DNA of 64,000 nucleotides from Candidatus Omnitrophota bacterium. GTDB lineage: Bacteria > Omnitrophota > Gorgyraeia > Duberdicusellales > 4484-171. The position numbers and the translations under genes are program-made. Shown here piece after piece: positions 47,794 to 56,913 of this stretch. The notes below the pieces were generated by a model, which saw only the letters and a program-made list of their open reading frames with translations, ran no database searches and was not told the origin of the DNA. Each line of letters opens with the position of its first letter. The stretch's first letter is position 1. Location of the stretch: positions 172,734 to 236,733 of the forward strand of contig JBDRDJ010000005.1 of the NCBI GenBank assembly GCA_043820815.1, written 5' to 3'.

Positions 47794-49308
47794 TCATTTT
47801 ATCTTACGCGCACCCGGCAATACAGCTTCGGTAACCTTTGGGAGCTCCCCGAAAAAATCTTTGTAAATATCATTGTACTCATCCTTAGGGCCTATCAAAG
47901 AAAACACAAGAGGCATAGCCTCTTTTGCTTTAGCGCTCATCATCCTTGAAATATTACGTATATCCCATTGAGCATGAGCATCTTCGCGAAGACGGGATAT
48001 ATGGTAAAGTTCTCTGGCGTTAATCCGTACTAATACGCGCCTGCGGTGGGCATTTGTCAAAATATAAGCCGCGGCAAGCGGGTTAATTTTTTTAAGTTCA
48101 TTATAAAAACGGCTTGTTTCGTCTATGATTTCCTTAAAACACGTATCCATGCCTATTTCTTTTATTGATTCGGGAACAGTTATACCCAGCTGAGGGTTAT
48201 AAGGCTGCTGTGTAATGGTGGCCATGCGGTGCCTTTTAAACTGTCCGAAACATGCTGCTGAAAGGATTAGGTTAAAGGTTAAATTTACATATTCAAATTC
48301 TCTGAGCATCGTATCATAAAACTGCATATTTTTAAAAGCAGTTTCAAAAACTTTTCTTTTCTCATCTTGGCTTAAATTGCCGGCAATAGATTTAAACTGT
48401 TCGTAAGAAAGCTCGGATGAAGTATGAAGCAGGGAAGATGCAATAATGTTATCTGCATCCCGGGTATATTCGACCAGTTTAACAGTATTATCCTGATCAT
48501 CGGCCGGGATGAGGCAGCCGTTACTTAATATTCTGCGTGATAATTCATTTAACTCAGGGTATGTCTTTAGGTCCCGGTCATTAGCCTGATGAAAAATAAT
48601 AACAGAAGGGGCAATGCTTGAAATTCGTTCATAGACTAATTTACCCAGGGCTTTTACTTCCGAGCAGGCAGAAGACGCAAACCGCCTGATCATCAATTCA
48701 AGGTTTCTCGCATTAACCGTAATGCCCACCTGCGAATGAGCAGATAATGATGTCACATAACGCGCATCTTCCTTTGCCCAGCCTTCGAGAAGGCTTCTGC
48801 CTTTCGGGCTGTTTAGAATATCTCTGTGCTTATTAAATAAATATTTTTTTAGCTCTTCAAATAATAACGAGTATGCTTTATTTTGTTTTAAAATAATATC
48901 AATAAATTTTCCTTCCCACTGTGTACCTTTAATCTCACCGGGAATAACAAATTCTTTATCAAGGGTTATATAGCGCTGTGATTTCTCGGTATATGAACAA
49001 AGCCTGAACCTCTCAACTTCTTCCATGGCTAACCGCGATATGCCGATAAAATCGAGATTAAAAACTGCGTGTTCGGCAACGGAATGGTGGCCCATTCTAA
49101 ATATTATGGTCGAATTCGATTTACGTGCCTGCTCAACTTCACCTCTCGCATCCTTTCTAATCTCATTTATTGGACGGGCATCCCTGCTTATGCGCGCGTA
49201 AGCCGCCGAAAGAACTTCGGGCGTCAAATCGTCTCGTTTGCCTGTTTTCTCTTCTATCTCTTTTAATATATCGGCGTCAATATTATAGCCGGCTACAAAT
49301 ACTTCCAT
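47794..49308 (-). CDS. thyX: tandem-domain ThyX-like FAD-dependent thymidylate synthase
   Basis: Domain 1 has RFRLCSYTEKSQRY (ThyX motif with H->F). Domain 2 has RHRMATITQQP. ATG 49306-49308 lies behind a GGGAGA RBS. Confidence 0.7.
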   Translation of the reverse strand: MEVFVAGYNIDADILKEIEEKTGKRDDLTPEVLSAAYARISRDARPINEIRKDARGEVEQARKSNSTIIFRMGHHSVAEHAVFNLDFIGISRLAMEEVERFRLCSYTEKSQRYITLDKEFVIPGEIKGTQWEGKFIDIILKQNKAYSLLFEELKKYLFNKHRDILNSPKGRSLLEGWAKEDARYVTSLSAHSQVGITVNARNLELMIRRFASSACSEVKALGKLVYERISSIAPSVIIFHQANDRDLKTYPELNELSRRILSNGCLIPADDQDNTVKLVEYTRDADNIIASSLLHTSSELSYEQFKSIAGNLSQDEKRKVFETAFKNMQFYDTMLREFEYVNLTFNLILSAACFGQFKRHRMATITQQPYNPQLGITVPESIKEIGMDTCFKEIIDETSRFYNELKKINPLAAAYILTNAHRRRVLVRINARELYHISRLREDAHAQWDIRNISRMMSAKAKEAMPLVFSLIGPKDEYNDIYKDFFGELPKVTEAVLPGARKIK

Positions 49309-49377
49309 AATTTCTCCCGTCAATAATCAATCTACAATGATCTCCCCCTTGTAGAATAAACACGTAGAATCCTCCGT

Positions 49378-49998
49378 TTACGGCAATAAAGTATTTAGAA
49401 TATTGTCATATGAGGGTGCTGAATCTATATTTTTACGTAATTCTCTTATCTTCTTTAAATTATCTCCATCAATTCCATCAATCAACTCTGCTAAAATTTC
49501 CCGGGCAACGTTAATCCGGCCGGCTTCTGCAGGATCGGTTGCCGCTAATTTTAGATAATTATTAAAAACAGGTATTGCTTTGTCATCCTGGCCCATTATG
49601 CAATGAGAATAAGCAAGCCAGTAATAGGCCGGAATACAATCAGGGTTTATCCCGATTGCTTTGTTTAATAATTTATTGCCGGTATCGGTCCCAAGATGGA
49701 TGATTCCAAGATTATACCAAGACCAGTAAAGGGCAGGATCTAATTCAAGCGCTTTATTAAAATAAAAAGCCGCTTTTTCCCTTAAGTCATAACTGCGCAG
49801 ATATGCATAACCCATTGCTTGGTAAACTTCGGCATCGCTTTTATTGCTATTTTTTCTTAATTCTGAAAAGAAAGATTGGCCGATTTCGTCATTATCAACC
49901 TTTGCGGATGAGCCTTGAGCAAAGGCAGAAAAATAAACTAAATTGAACGGTAAAACAGATAAAATTAATTTCTTAGATAAACACATAAACCTGTTCAT
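49378..49998 (-). CDS. secreted TPR-repeat protein
   Basis: Signal peptide ...SAFA|QG and TPR-like A..Y..AL..DP repeats. Confidence 0.6.
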   Translation of the reverse strand: MNRFMCLSKKLILSVLPFNLVYFSAFAQGSSAKVDNDEIGQSFFSELRKNSNKSDAEVYQAMGYAYLRSYDLREKAAFYFNKALELDPALYWSWYNLGIIHLGTDTGNKLLNKAIGINPDCIPAYYWLAYSHCIMGQDDKAIPVFNNYLKLAATDPAEAGRINVAREILAELIDGIDGDNLKKIRELRKNIDSAPSYDNILNTLLP

Positions 49999-50060
49999 AT
50001 AATTTATTACTATAAAATATTATAACAGAAACTTTAGAATAAGTAAGCACTTTTAGTAAA

Positions 50061-50089
50061 CCCCGTTAGAAATGTAATTTCTAACGGGG
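50061..50089. other. perfect 13-bp inverted repeat
   Basis: ccccgttagaaat-gta-atttctaacgggg. Lies between the rubrerythrin terminator and the TPR gene promoter region. Confidence 0.6.
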
Positions 50090-50090
50090 T

Positions 50091-50129
50091 AAAATGAGAA
50101 AAGCGCAAACCATTTATTTTGCGCTTTTC
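50091..50129 (-). terminator. intrinsic terminator after rubrerythrin
   Basis: Minus strand reads GAAAAGCGCAAA-ataaatgg-TTTGCGCTTTTC followed by tcatttt. Confidence 0.55.
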
Positions 50130-50154
50130 AACAAAGATAATAACTCAGAAAATA

Positions 50155-50733
50155 TCAATAATTATCAGCAAGAATCTCATAATATGCCTGCGGATGTTTA
50201 CAAGCCGGGCATTCCGAAGGAGCTTCGCTGTCTTCGACAACATAACCGCAATTAATGCAGTGCCACTTAACAAGCCCCTCTTTCTTAAAAACCTGGGCAT
50301 TCTCCAGGTTTTTGATTAATGCTCTATAGCGGGATTCATGAAATTTCTCTACTTTGGCAATCTGTTCAAATGACCTGGCTGCTTCCGGAAAACCTTCATC
50401 TTTGGCTGACCTTGAAAAACCAGCATAGATTGAAGTCCACTCCATTCTCTCGCCTTCAGCAGCTTCTTTAAGGTTACTGACTGTATCCTGGATCTTGCCC
50501 GCAGGATATACTGCGGTTATTTCAATATCTCCTCCTTCTAAGTGCTTAAAAAACACCTTTGCGTGTTCTTTTTCATTTTCAGCGGTTTCAAGAAAAATAT
50601 TAGATATTTGCACTAAGCCTTCTTTCTTGGCAACGCTTGCAAAATAAGTATACCTGTTTCTTGCCTGCGATTCACCGGCAAATGCTTTAAGCAAATTCTG
50701 CTCTGTTTTTGAACCCTTGATTGACTTTCCCAT
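50155..50733 (-). CDS. rbr: rubrerythrin
   Basis: Ferritin-like E..H diiron motifs plus a C-terminal rubredoxin CINCG...CPACKHP. Confidence 0.85.
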   Translation of the reverse strand: MGKSIKGSKTEQNLLKAFAGESQARNRYTYFASVAKKEGLVQISNIFLETAENEKEHAKVFFKHLEGGDIEITAVYPAGKIQDTVSNLKEAAEGERMEWTSIYAGFSRSAKDEGFPEAARSFEQIAKVEKFHESRYRALIKNLENAQVFKKEGLVKWHCINCGYVVEDSEAPSECPACKHPQAYYEILADNY

Positions 50734-50786
50734 TATGCACCTCCTTTTCGTTACCCTTTGACGAAACCTGCCTTAGTTTAATGCTG

Positions 50787-51158
50787 CTACTTTCCAATAT
50801 CGCCTATTTTCTTTTTAACTTCACCTGCTGCGGCATCAATTGCTTCTTTTGTCCTTGCGATAAGAGCCTCTTTTGCTTTCTCAAGCAAATCTTTGGCTTC
50901 TTTAGAATCCTTATCAAGGTTAGTTAGAATATACTGTGCAATATCTAATGTATGCTGGAACTTCTGCGATTCATAAAAAGCTTTCGCTTGACTGATAAGG
51001 TATTTTACCTTCTGGTCAACGGCCTCATAAGCCTTTGCTATATTAATTGCCTCATCAGACGTCTGCGCTTTTTTACCTTGATTGCCGCAGCCGGTTATCC
51101 CTATGCAGGCGAAAACAAAAAAGGCTGCCATAAAAAATACTAATAACTTCATATTCAC
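50787..51158 (-). CDS. lipoprotein, unknown function
   Basis: Lipobox GITG|C; helical, Lys/Ala/Glu-rich mature part. Confidence 0.5.
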   Translation of the reverse strand: MNMKLLVFFMAAFFVFACIGITGCGNQGKKAQTSDEAINIAKAYEAVDQKVKYLISQAKAFYESQKFQHTLDIAQYILTNLDKDSKEAKDLLEKAKEALIARTKEAIDAAAGEVKKKIGDIGK

Positions 51159-51194
51159 ACCCCCTTAAAATTAAACTTGCATTTTTCCCGGCTT

Positions 51195-51262
51195 AGATTT
51201 AAATCTCTTAATTTTGATTTTTACATTGTCATTTTGATTCTTAATATTTGATTTTTAATTTA
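51195..51262. repeat. AT-rich heptad element, half copy (core plus one arm)
   Basis: AGATTTAAATCT (51195-51206) followed by 7 heptads. Shares ttttacattgtcattttgat with the reverse complement of 16985-17004, and tttgatttttaattta with 17069-17084. Confidence 0.75.
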
Positions 51263-51292
51263 TTTACCTTACCGTTATTCAATCTCACCAAT

Positions 51293-52246
51293 TCAGGCAT
51301 CCACCCCCGCCTCCTCTATGCGTATACCCGGAGCATGGGTATACATTGAAACATTTACCCCGAACGGTAAAGTTACATTGACATCCCGCTTACGGCCATG
51401 GCGCCAATGGCCGGAGGGAAAACCGTAAAGTATGGGTATATCTACATCATAGAGGATATCGTTTAATATATCGCGGATGCTGTATTTTTTCCCGGAATAA
51501 TCAAAGCAATCAATCATACGCCCGAAGATTATACCCCTGATTTTGTTAAATTTACCGGCAAGCTTAAGGTGCATAAGATGGCTGTCGATAACTGTTAAAT
51601 CTTCGGCGATATCTTCAAGAAAAAGAATTTTATTATCAGTATCAATTTCGTAGGGCGTTCCGAAAGAATCTAAAATAAGCGAAAGATTACCGCCTACAAG
51701 AACCCCGCTTGCCTTACCCGGTTTAAGCGCCTTAAGGTGCGGGAAAGACAAACGGCCCGGCTCATGTTTTCCTGAAAGAGACTGTACCAAGTACTTTAAG
51801 GTAAGCGCGTTCATCCCTTTATAAATCTCGCCGGATACAACCGGCCCGTGAAAAACAACCATGCCGGCTGTTTTAAATAAATACGACAAGAGAATTGTAA
51901 TATCACTGTAACCGACAAAAATCTTAGGATTGCTTCGGATAACTTTCGCGTCAAGATAGGGTATAGTCCGCATTGAGCCGTATCCGGCCTGAGCACAAAG
52001 TATTGCCTTAACCTGGTTGTCGGCAAACATCCGGTTTATCTGATGGGCTCTCTGGCGGTCATAGCCTGCCATAGACCAGTATTTGCTGAATATCGAACGG
52101 TCATACTTAACCTTATAACCGAGGGAATTCAGCCTATCCACGCCGCGTTTGAATGTATTTACATCGAATGTCCAGGCAGGAGCAACAATGCCTATTGTGT
52201 CACCTTTCTTGAGCGGATTGGGCTTTATTATGTTATTCTCTGTCAT
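51293..52246 (-). CDS. ldcA: LD-carboxypeptidase (peptidase S66)
   Basis: GDTIGIVAPA and GYSDIT motifs. ATG 52244-52246 chosen because the track start at 52354 overlaps pfkA. Confidence 0.7.
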   Translation of the reverse strand: MTENNIIKPNPLKKGDTIGIVAPAWTFDVNTFKRGVDRLNSLGYKVKYDRSIFSKYWSMAGYDRQRAHQINRMFADNQVKAILCAQAGYGSMRTIPYLDAKVIRSNPKIFVGYSDITILLSYLFKTAGMVVFHGPVVSGEIYKGMNALTLKYLVQSLSGKHEPGRLSFPHLKALKPGKASGVLVGGNLSLILDSFGTPYEIDTDNKILFLEDIAEDLTVIDSHLMHLKLAGKFNKIRGIIFGRMIDCFDYSGKKYSIRDILNDILYDVDIPILYGFPSGHWRHGRKRDVNVTLPFGVNVSMYTHAPGIRIEEAGVDA

Positions 52247-52259
52247 TATTATGAATTTT

Positions 52260-53354
52260 TTAAAAATCTCCGAAGCTCGTCCCCACCGAACGCGCTGATG
52301 CAATAAGATTGTGGTCAACCGGCACAGTTCTTGAACCTTTAGAAACGATTTCAAGAGGCACGCTGACTAAATCGCTTCCCTTTATCCCCGCCATATGCCC
52401 GAAATTCTTGTTATTTACCATCTGGGCCGCGTAGGTTCCAAGGCGCGTGCCCAATATCCGGTCAAATGGAGTAGGGCTTCCTCCCCGCTGCAAATGGCCT
52501 ATGACAACAGTTCTTGTTTCAATACCGGTTGTCTTCTCAATCGCCGCCCCCAGCACAAAACCAACCCCTCCAAGACGGATTGGCTCTGAACCGTCAGCAA
52601 CCATTCTTTGCACAACTACATTGCCGCCTTTTGGCTTTGCCCCTTCGGAAATTACGATTATGCTGAAACGTTTTCCCTTTTTGTTACGCTCTTTTACCCG
52701 CGCACAAACTGAGTTAATCATATAAGGGATTTCCGGTATCAATATTACGTCGCCGCCTCCGGCAACGCCTGCATAAAGGGCTATCCATCCGGCTTTGCGC
52801 CCCATTACTTCAATAATCATTGCTCTGTGATGGCTTTCGGCGGTGCTGTGAATTCTATCTACTGCCTCGGTTGCGATTCCAACCGCTGAATTGAAACCAA
52901 AGGTAATGTCTGTGCCGTAAATATCGTTATCGATAGTCTTAGGCACTCCCACAACAGGTACCCCTTGCTGAAAAAGCTTATAGGCAATGCCTAGGGTACC
53001 GTCACCGCCTATACAGACAAGGCAGTCGACAGATAACTTCTTTAAGTTATGAACAGCTTTCCTTGAAAGATCTTTAAATTCGTATTTATTCCGTTTCTTT
53101 ACCGGGTATTTATAGGGGTTGGCCTTGTTAGAAGTTCCCAGGATTGTCCCTCCCAAAGTTAGAATACTGGAAACATCAGCATAGCTTAAATTTCTATAAC
53201 GGTTTTCAACTAACCCTTCAAAACCGTCTTCAATGCCGATCACATCGGTTCCGTAATCAAGCATGGATTTCTTGACAACCGCCCTTATTACCGCGTTTAA
53301 CCCCGGACAGTCGCCGCCGCCGGTAAGGATTGCTATTTTCTTTTTATTTTTCAT
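52260..53354 (-). CDS. pfkA: ATP-dependent 6-phosphofructokinase
   Basis: GGDCPGLNA, IGGDGT and PKTIDND motifs. Confidence 0.85.
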   Translation of the reverse strand: MKNKKKIAILTGGGDCPGLNAVIRAVVKKSMLDYGTDVIGIEDGFEGLVENRYRNLSYADVSSILTLGGTILGTSNKANPYKYPVKKRNKYEFKDLSRKAVHNLKKLSVDCLVCIGGDGTLGIAYKLFQQGVPVVGVPKTIDNDIYGTDITFGFNSAVGIATEAVDRIHSTAESHHRAMIIEVMGRKAGWIALYAGVAGGGDVILIPEIPYMINSVCARVKERNKKGKRFSIIVISEGAKPKGGNVVVQRMVADGSEPIRLGGVGFVLGAAIEKTTGIETRTVVIGHLQRGGSPTPFDRILGTRLGTYAAQMVNNKNFGHMAGIKGSDLVSVPLEIVSKGSRTVPVDHNLIASARSVGTSFGDF

Positions 53355-53365
53355 GAGCCCCCTTT

Positions 53366-53749
53366 TTAGTTTTGTTTGTTTTTCTTAAGAGCTTTCTGTA
53401 TTGCTGTATGGAGCTGTTTATGGTCAATCGGCTTGCTTATCAAGCCGTCAGCCTTACCCTTAATTTTTGAATTTATTTTTGAATCATCATCGCTATAAAT
53501 TGAAAAAAGAATTACCGGCGATTCAGGATTGATTCTTTTCAAAGAGTTAAGCACATCTGCACCATTCATGCCGGGCAGGCAGTAATCGGTGATGACTAAA
53601 TCGTAGTTGATTGCTTTTACCTTATCAAGCCCTTCTTCTCCGCTTGTTACAGTATCAACCGAGTATTGGCCGGTACTTTCCAGATTGAGCTTAAGAAGCT
53701 TACAGATATTAATTTCATCATCGATAATTAAAATCTTATGTTTATCCAT
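53366..53749 (-). CDS. single-domain response regulator receiver
   Basis: ILIIDDE...TDYCLPGMNG receiver motifs. Abuts the kinase gene. Confidence 0.8.
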   Translation of the reverse strand: MDKHKILIIDDEINICKLLKLNLESTGQYSVDTVTSGEEGLDKVKAINYDLVITDYCLPGMNGADVLNSLKRINPESPVILFSIYSDDDSKINSKIKGKADGLISKPIDHKQLHTAIQKALKKNKQN

Positions 53750-55882
53750 TTATCTCCTATTTTCTAAAGGAAGTATAATTATAACTTTTGCGCATTGGCC
53801 TTCCTTGCTCTCGATATCAATAATCCCCTTATGCCTTTCCACGATAATTCTAACTATACCCAAACCCAACCCAACCCCCTGCCCGGGAGGCTTAGTTGTG
53901 AAAAAAGGATCAAATACTTTATTTATATTATCTTCGGGAATACCTGATCCGGTATCTTTAATTTCGCAGACAAACACCTCTTGCCCAAGAGAGAATAAAT
54001 CTGTAGCTCTCTGGCCCGTATTGGGATCTTCCTTGGATAACTCTTTAATACAGGTGGTTATGGTAATGGTTCCGCCTTTGGGCATAGCCTGTACTGAATT
54101 TAAGAATATATTTATAAACACTTGCTCCATCTGGTTACTGTCTATATCCAATGTATTGTCATCACAGTAATTTTTAATAACTTCGATATTGTCAAACAGC
54201 TCCTGCTTACATAACAGCGACAGCGCCGAATCAATAACATCGCTTATATTTGCTCTTTCCAAAATAAGCAAAGGCCTTCGTGAATAATTAAGAAGATTCT
54301 TAATTATTTCATCTGCGCGGCCTATTGCATCCTTCATCATTGTTAATACTTCCGAATATTTGCCTTGTTCCTGCGCCAGCTCTCTCTCAAGAAAACTCAC
54401 CCCCTGAATTATAATGTGCAGAGGATTTTTTACTTCATGGGCCACTCCGCTGGCAAGCCTGCCTAAAGTGGCCATCTTTTCTGTCTGGATGAGCTGCCTT
54501 TGGGTTTCTTTTAAATCTTCGTAGGCCTTTTGCAGATTTTCCTCGGCCTTTCGGCGCCGGGTTATATCATGGGCTGAGCCTAGAACCAAAAGCTTCCCTT
54601 TAATTTTAACCGGATACGTCTTTATCTCAAGCAGGATGTTTTTACCGTCTTTTCTTTTTAAATTAAAAACTTCAGGCCCCGTAGGTTTACCAAGGGCATT
54701 ATCGGCGACTGCTTTGATTGCTTTTTTAATCTGCCCCGGGGCAAGCAGCCCCAGTTTAAAAAAGCTTTTACCGATAAGTTCCTCACGCCGGTAACCCGTC
54801 AACTCCTCGGCCATTCTGTTTCCGTCGATAAAAATGCCTTTTAAATCACTCAAATAACAAGCGTCGGGAGAACATTCAAATAAAATCTTAAGCCGCTCTT
54901 CGGAATCTTTTAAAGCCTGTTCTGCCTGCCTGCGGTAAGTAATATCCTCGCCGGAGGAAAGGATTCCGATAACGTTGCCTGAACTGTCCCTGATCACCGT
55001 ATTATGCCAGCCAACCATAAGCTTTCTTTTATCAGCGGTTAAAATATAATTCTCAAAATAATCAACTTCTCTAATTTTTCCGCGTATTAATTTATCCAAT
55101 ACTTCCTTAACCTGTTTTCTTATGTCTTGCGGCAAAAAGTTATCAAACCAGTTCTTGCCGATAATTTCGCTGCGCTCTAAGCCTAAAAGCTCAAAACCTT
55201 TCCTGTTTATGAGTTCAACCTCTCCATGGCGGTTAAGCACGATTATGATAATACCCGCTATGTCAATATAAGTATTGAATTTATCCCTTTCTTTTTCTAA
55301 GGTGAGCTCCATTCTCTTACGATGGGTAATATCCACAAAACTGATGATAAAAAACTCAACGCCCCCTAAAGTTAACCTTTCCGCTGAGCCGAGCAGGCTT
55401 ATTTCGTGATGGCCGCTCCTTAAGTATGACAACTCGGAATTTTTAATAATACCGTCTAACCCCAGCGGTTCCCGGGAGCCGTGACTTTTTACAAATGATA
55501 ATTCCCCGGCACTTTTACCGATAATTTCATCTCTATTCAAGCCGAGTATTTTCATGGCATAAGAATTAGCCTCAACTACCTTACCCGTGCGGGCGTCTAT
55601 TAACAAAACGCCTGCCAGAACATTATCAATAACGCTTCTAAGGCGTTCCTCGCTTTTAACCGCGGCATCTGCCTGTTTTTCTCTCCTTTTTGTAATACTG
55701 TATAAAAAAACAACTATGATGCAGACAAAAAAAGTAAATAAAAAACCTAATAAATGCGATTTTGCGCTGTCAAATAAGAAAATAGTCAGCAATGTCCCGT
55801 ACAAAATAATACTCAAAAGAATTAATTTAAAGAAATTAACCTTTGTTTCGGTAATGCTCTTTATAAATTTATTAATACGCAT
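53750..55882 (-). CDS. membrane PAS-domain sensor histidine kinase
   Basis: Two N-terminal TM segments, at least 3 PAS repeats, H-box GVAHEVKNPL, and ATPase DTGSGI..GQGVGLGLGIV. Confidence 0.85.
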   Translation of the reverse strand: MRINKFIKSITETKVNFFKLILLSIILYGTLLTIFLFDSAKSHLLGFLFTFFVCIIVVFLYSITKRREKQADAAVKSEERLRSVIDNVLAGVLLIDARTGKVVEANSYAMKILGLNRDEIIGKSAGELSFVKSHGSREPLGLDGIIKNSELSYLRSGHHEISLLGSAERLTLGGVEFFIISFVDITHRKRMELTLEKERDKFNTYIDIAGIIIIVLNRHGEVELINRKGFELLGLERSEIIGKNWFDNFLPQDIRKQVKEVLDKLIRGKIREVDYFENYILTADKRKLMVGWHNTVIRDSSGNVIGILSSGEDITYRRQAEQALKDSEERLKILFECSPDACYLSDLKGIFIDGNRMAEELTGYRREELIGKSFFKLGLLAPGQIKKAIKAVADNALGKPTGPEVFNLKRKDGKNILLEIKTYPVKIKGKLLVLGSAHDITRRRKAEENLQKAYEDLKETQRQLIQTEKMATLGRLASGVAHEVKNPLHIIIQGVSFLERELAQEQGKYSEVLTMMKDAIGRADEIIKNLLNYSRRPLLILERANISDVIDSALSLLCKQELFDNIEVIKNYCDDNTLDIDSNQMEQVFINIFLNSVQAMPKGGTITITTCIKELSKEDPNTGQRATDLFSLGQEVFVCEIKDTGSGIPEDNINKVFDPFFTTKPPGQGVGLGLGIVRIIVERHKGIIDIESKEGQCAKVIIILPLENRR

Positions 55883-55894
55883 ATAAATAAAAAA

Positions 55895-56872
55895 TTATTG
55901 AGGAAATATTTTTGAAAAATATCCTGCATAAAAGGATATTATTCCGTAAGCCACAGAACAAGCAGCCGCTAAGAAAAATACAACGGGGAGTATCTTTAGC
56001 AAAATCCCCATAGCAAGATCAGTTTTGCTCTCGGAATAATTAACGATTTTATCAAGCATCTTTCCGATACTTCCGCTCTCAACTCCCGTAGCAACCATGC
56101 CAATTATCTCGGGCTCAAAAACGCCGGCTGAGGCAAAAGCATCATTCAACGTGCCGCCTCTTTCTATAACCGAAACACCTCGGGCAAGCGACCTCTTTAA
56201 AATAAGATTACCTACCACTGCTGATGATATTTTCCAGTTTTCTACCATGGGAGCCCCTGAGTCATAAAGGCATTTTTGAGCCTGTATAAAGCCAGTTAAT
56301 TCGATACGCTTTATAAGGTTGCCAAAAAAAGGAACATCTAAAACAAAGCTGTCATAAAACCGTCTAATCCCCGGTGATTTGATTAATTTTGCTATAACAA
56401 CAAAGATAAATAAAATTAAGTATAACGGGATGGCCGCTTTAAGCACGCCATACAAATAATCGATTCTGCCTTTTTCAATTAACCTTGGCAGAGGTATCAA
56501 AAATATCGCGATTTGGCTGATAAACGCCGGGTAAGCAAGAGCGATAAAAATGTTATTTATTATTTTTTGTCTTTTCTCAAAATAACCAACAATACGATTA
56601 AGCCCCTCCGCAAGCTTTCCCGATTTCTCGCTATAAGACACGACACTAACCTGCCAAGGAGTGAATAAATCGGGAAAAAAGCTTAATGTCTTGCCTAAAG
56701 TTTCCCCCTTGCTCAAATGTTGCTTAATTTTAACTAAAATGACTCTAAAAAAGTTGTGCTTTGTGTGTTTTATAAGAATATTAACAGAACTTAAAATATC
56801 CATGCCTGACTCAATCATAGCCGCAAGCTGGCTATAAAAATACATTAACCGCCTTGTTTTAAAAATATTCAT
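55895..56872 (-). CDS. orphan T2SS/T4P platform (GspF/PilC-family) protein
   Basis: Two T2SSF-type repeats (LAAMIESGMDILSSV...; LYDSGAPMVENW...GVESG) with TM segments. 325 aa. No adjacent ATPase or pilin. Confidence 0.65.
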   Translation of the reverse strand: MNIFKTRRLMYFYSQLAAMIESGMDILSSVNILIKHTKHNFFRVILVKIKQHLSKGETLGKTLSFFPDLFTPWQVSVVSYSEKSGKLAEGLNRIVGYFEKRQKIINNIFIALAYPAFISQIAIFLIPLPRLIEKGRIDYLYGVLKAAIPLYLILFIFVVIAKLIKSPGIRRFYDSFVLDVPFFGNLIKRIELTGFIQAQKCLYDSGAPMVENWKISSAVVGNLILKRSLARGVSVIERGGTLNDAFASAGVFEPEIIGMVATGVESGSIGKMLDKIVNYSESKTDLAMGILLKILPVVFFLAAACSVAYGIISFYAGYFSKIFPQ

Positions 56873-56913
56873 TTCCTTAGCCGCTCGTTTTGCCGTTTAG
56901 TTACGGTATCTAA

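Noticed and set aside
49330-49352. The hairpin ctacaa-tgatctccccc-ttgtag as a fifth REP element.
   Set aside because: It contains CTAC/GTAG but has an AT-rich 6-bp stem and lacks the TAWC flank and the GC-rich 8-bp stem shared by the four REP-like copies.
2101-51262. Heptamer arrays and AT-rich elements as CRISPR arrays.
   Set aside because: The units are 7 nt with no unique spacers, no repeat of 24-40 nt and no cas genes. They are microsatellite-like tandem repeats, not CRISPRs.
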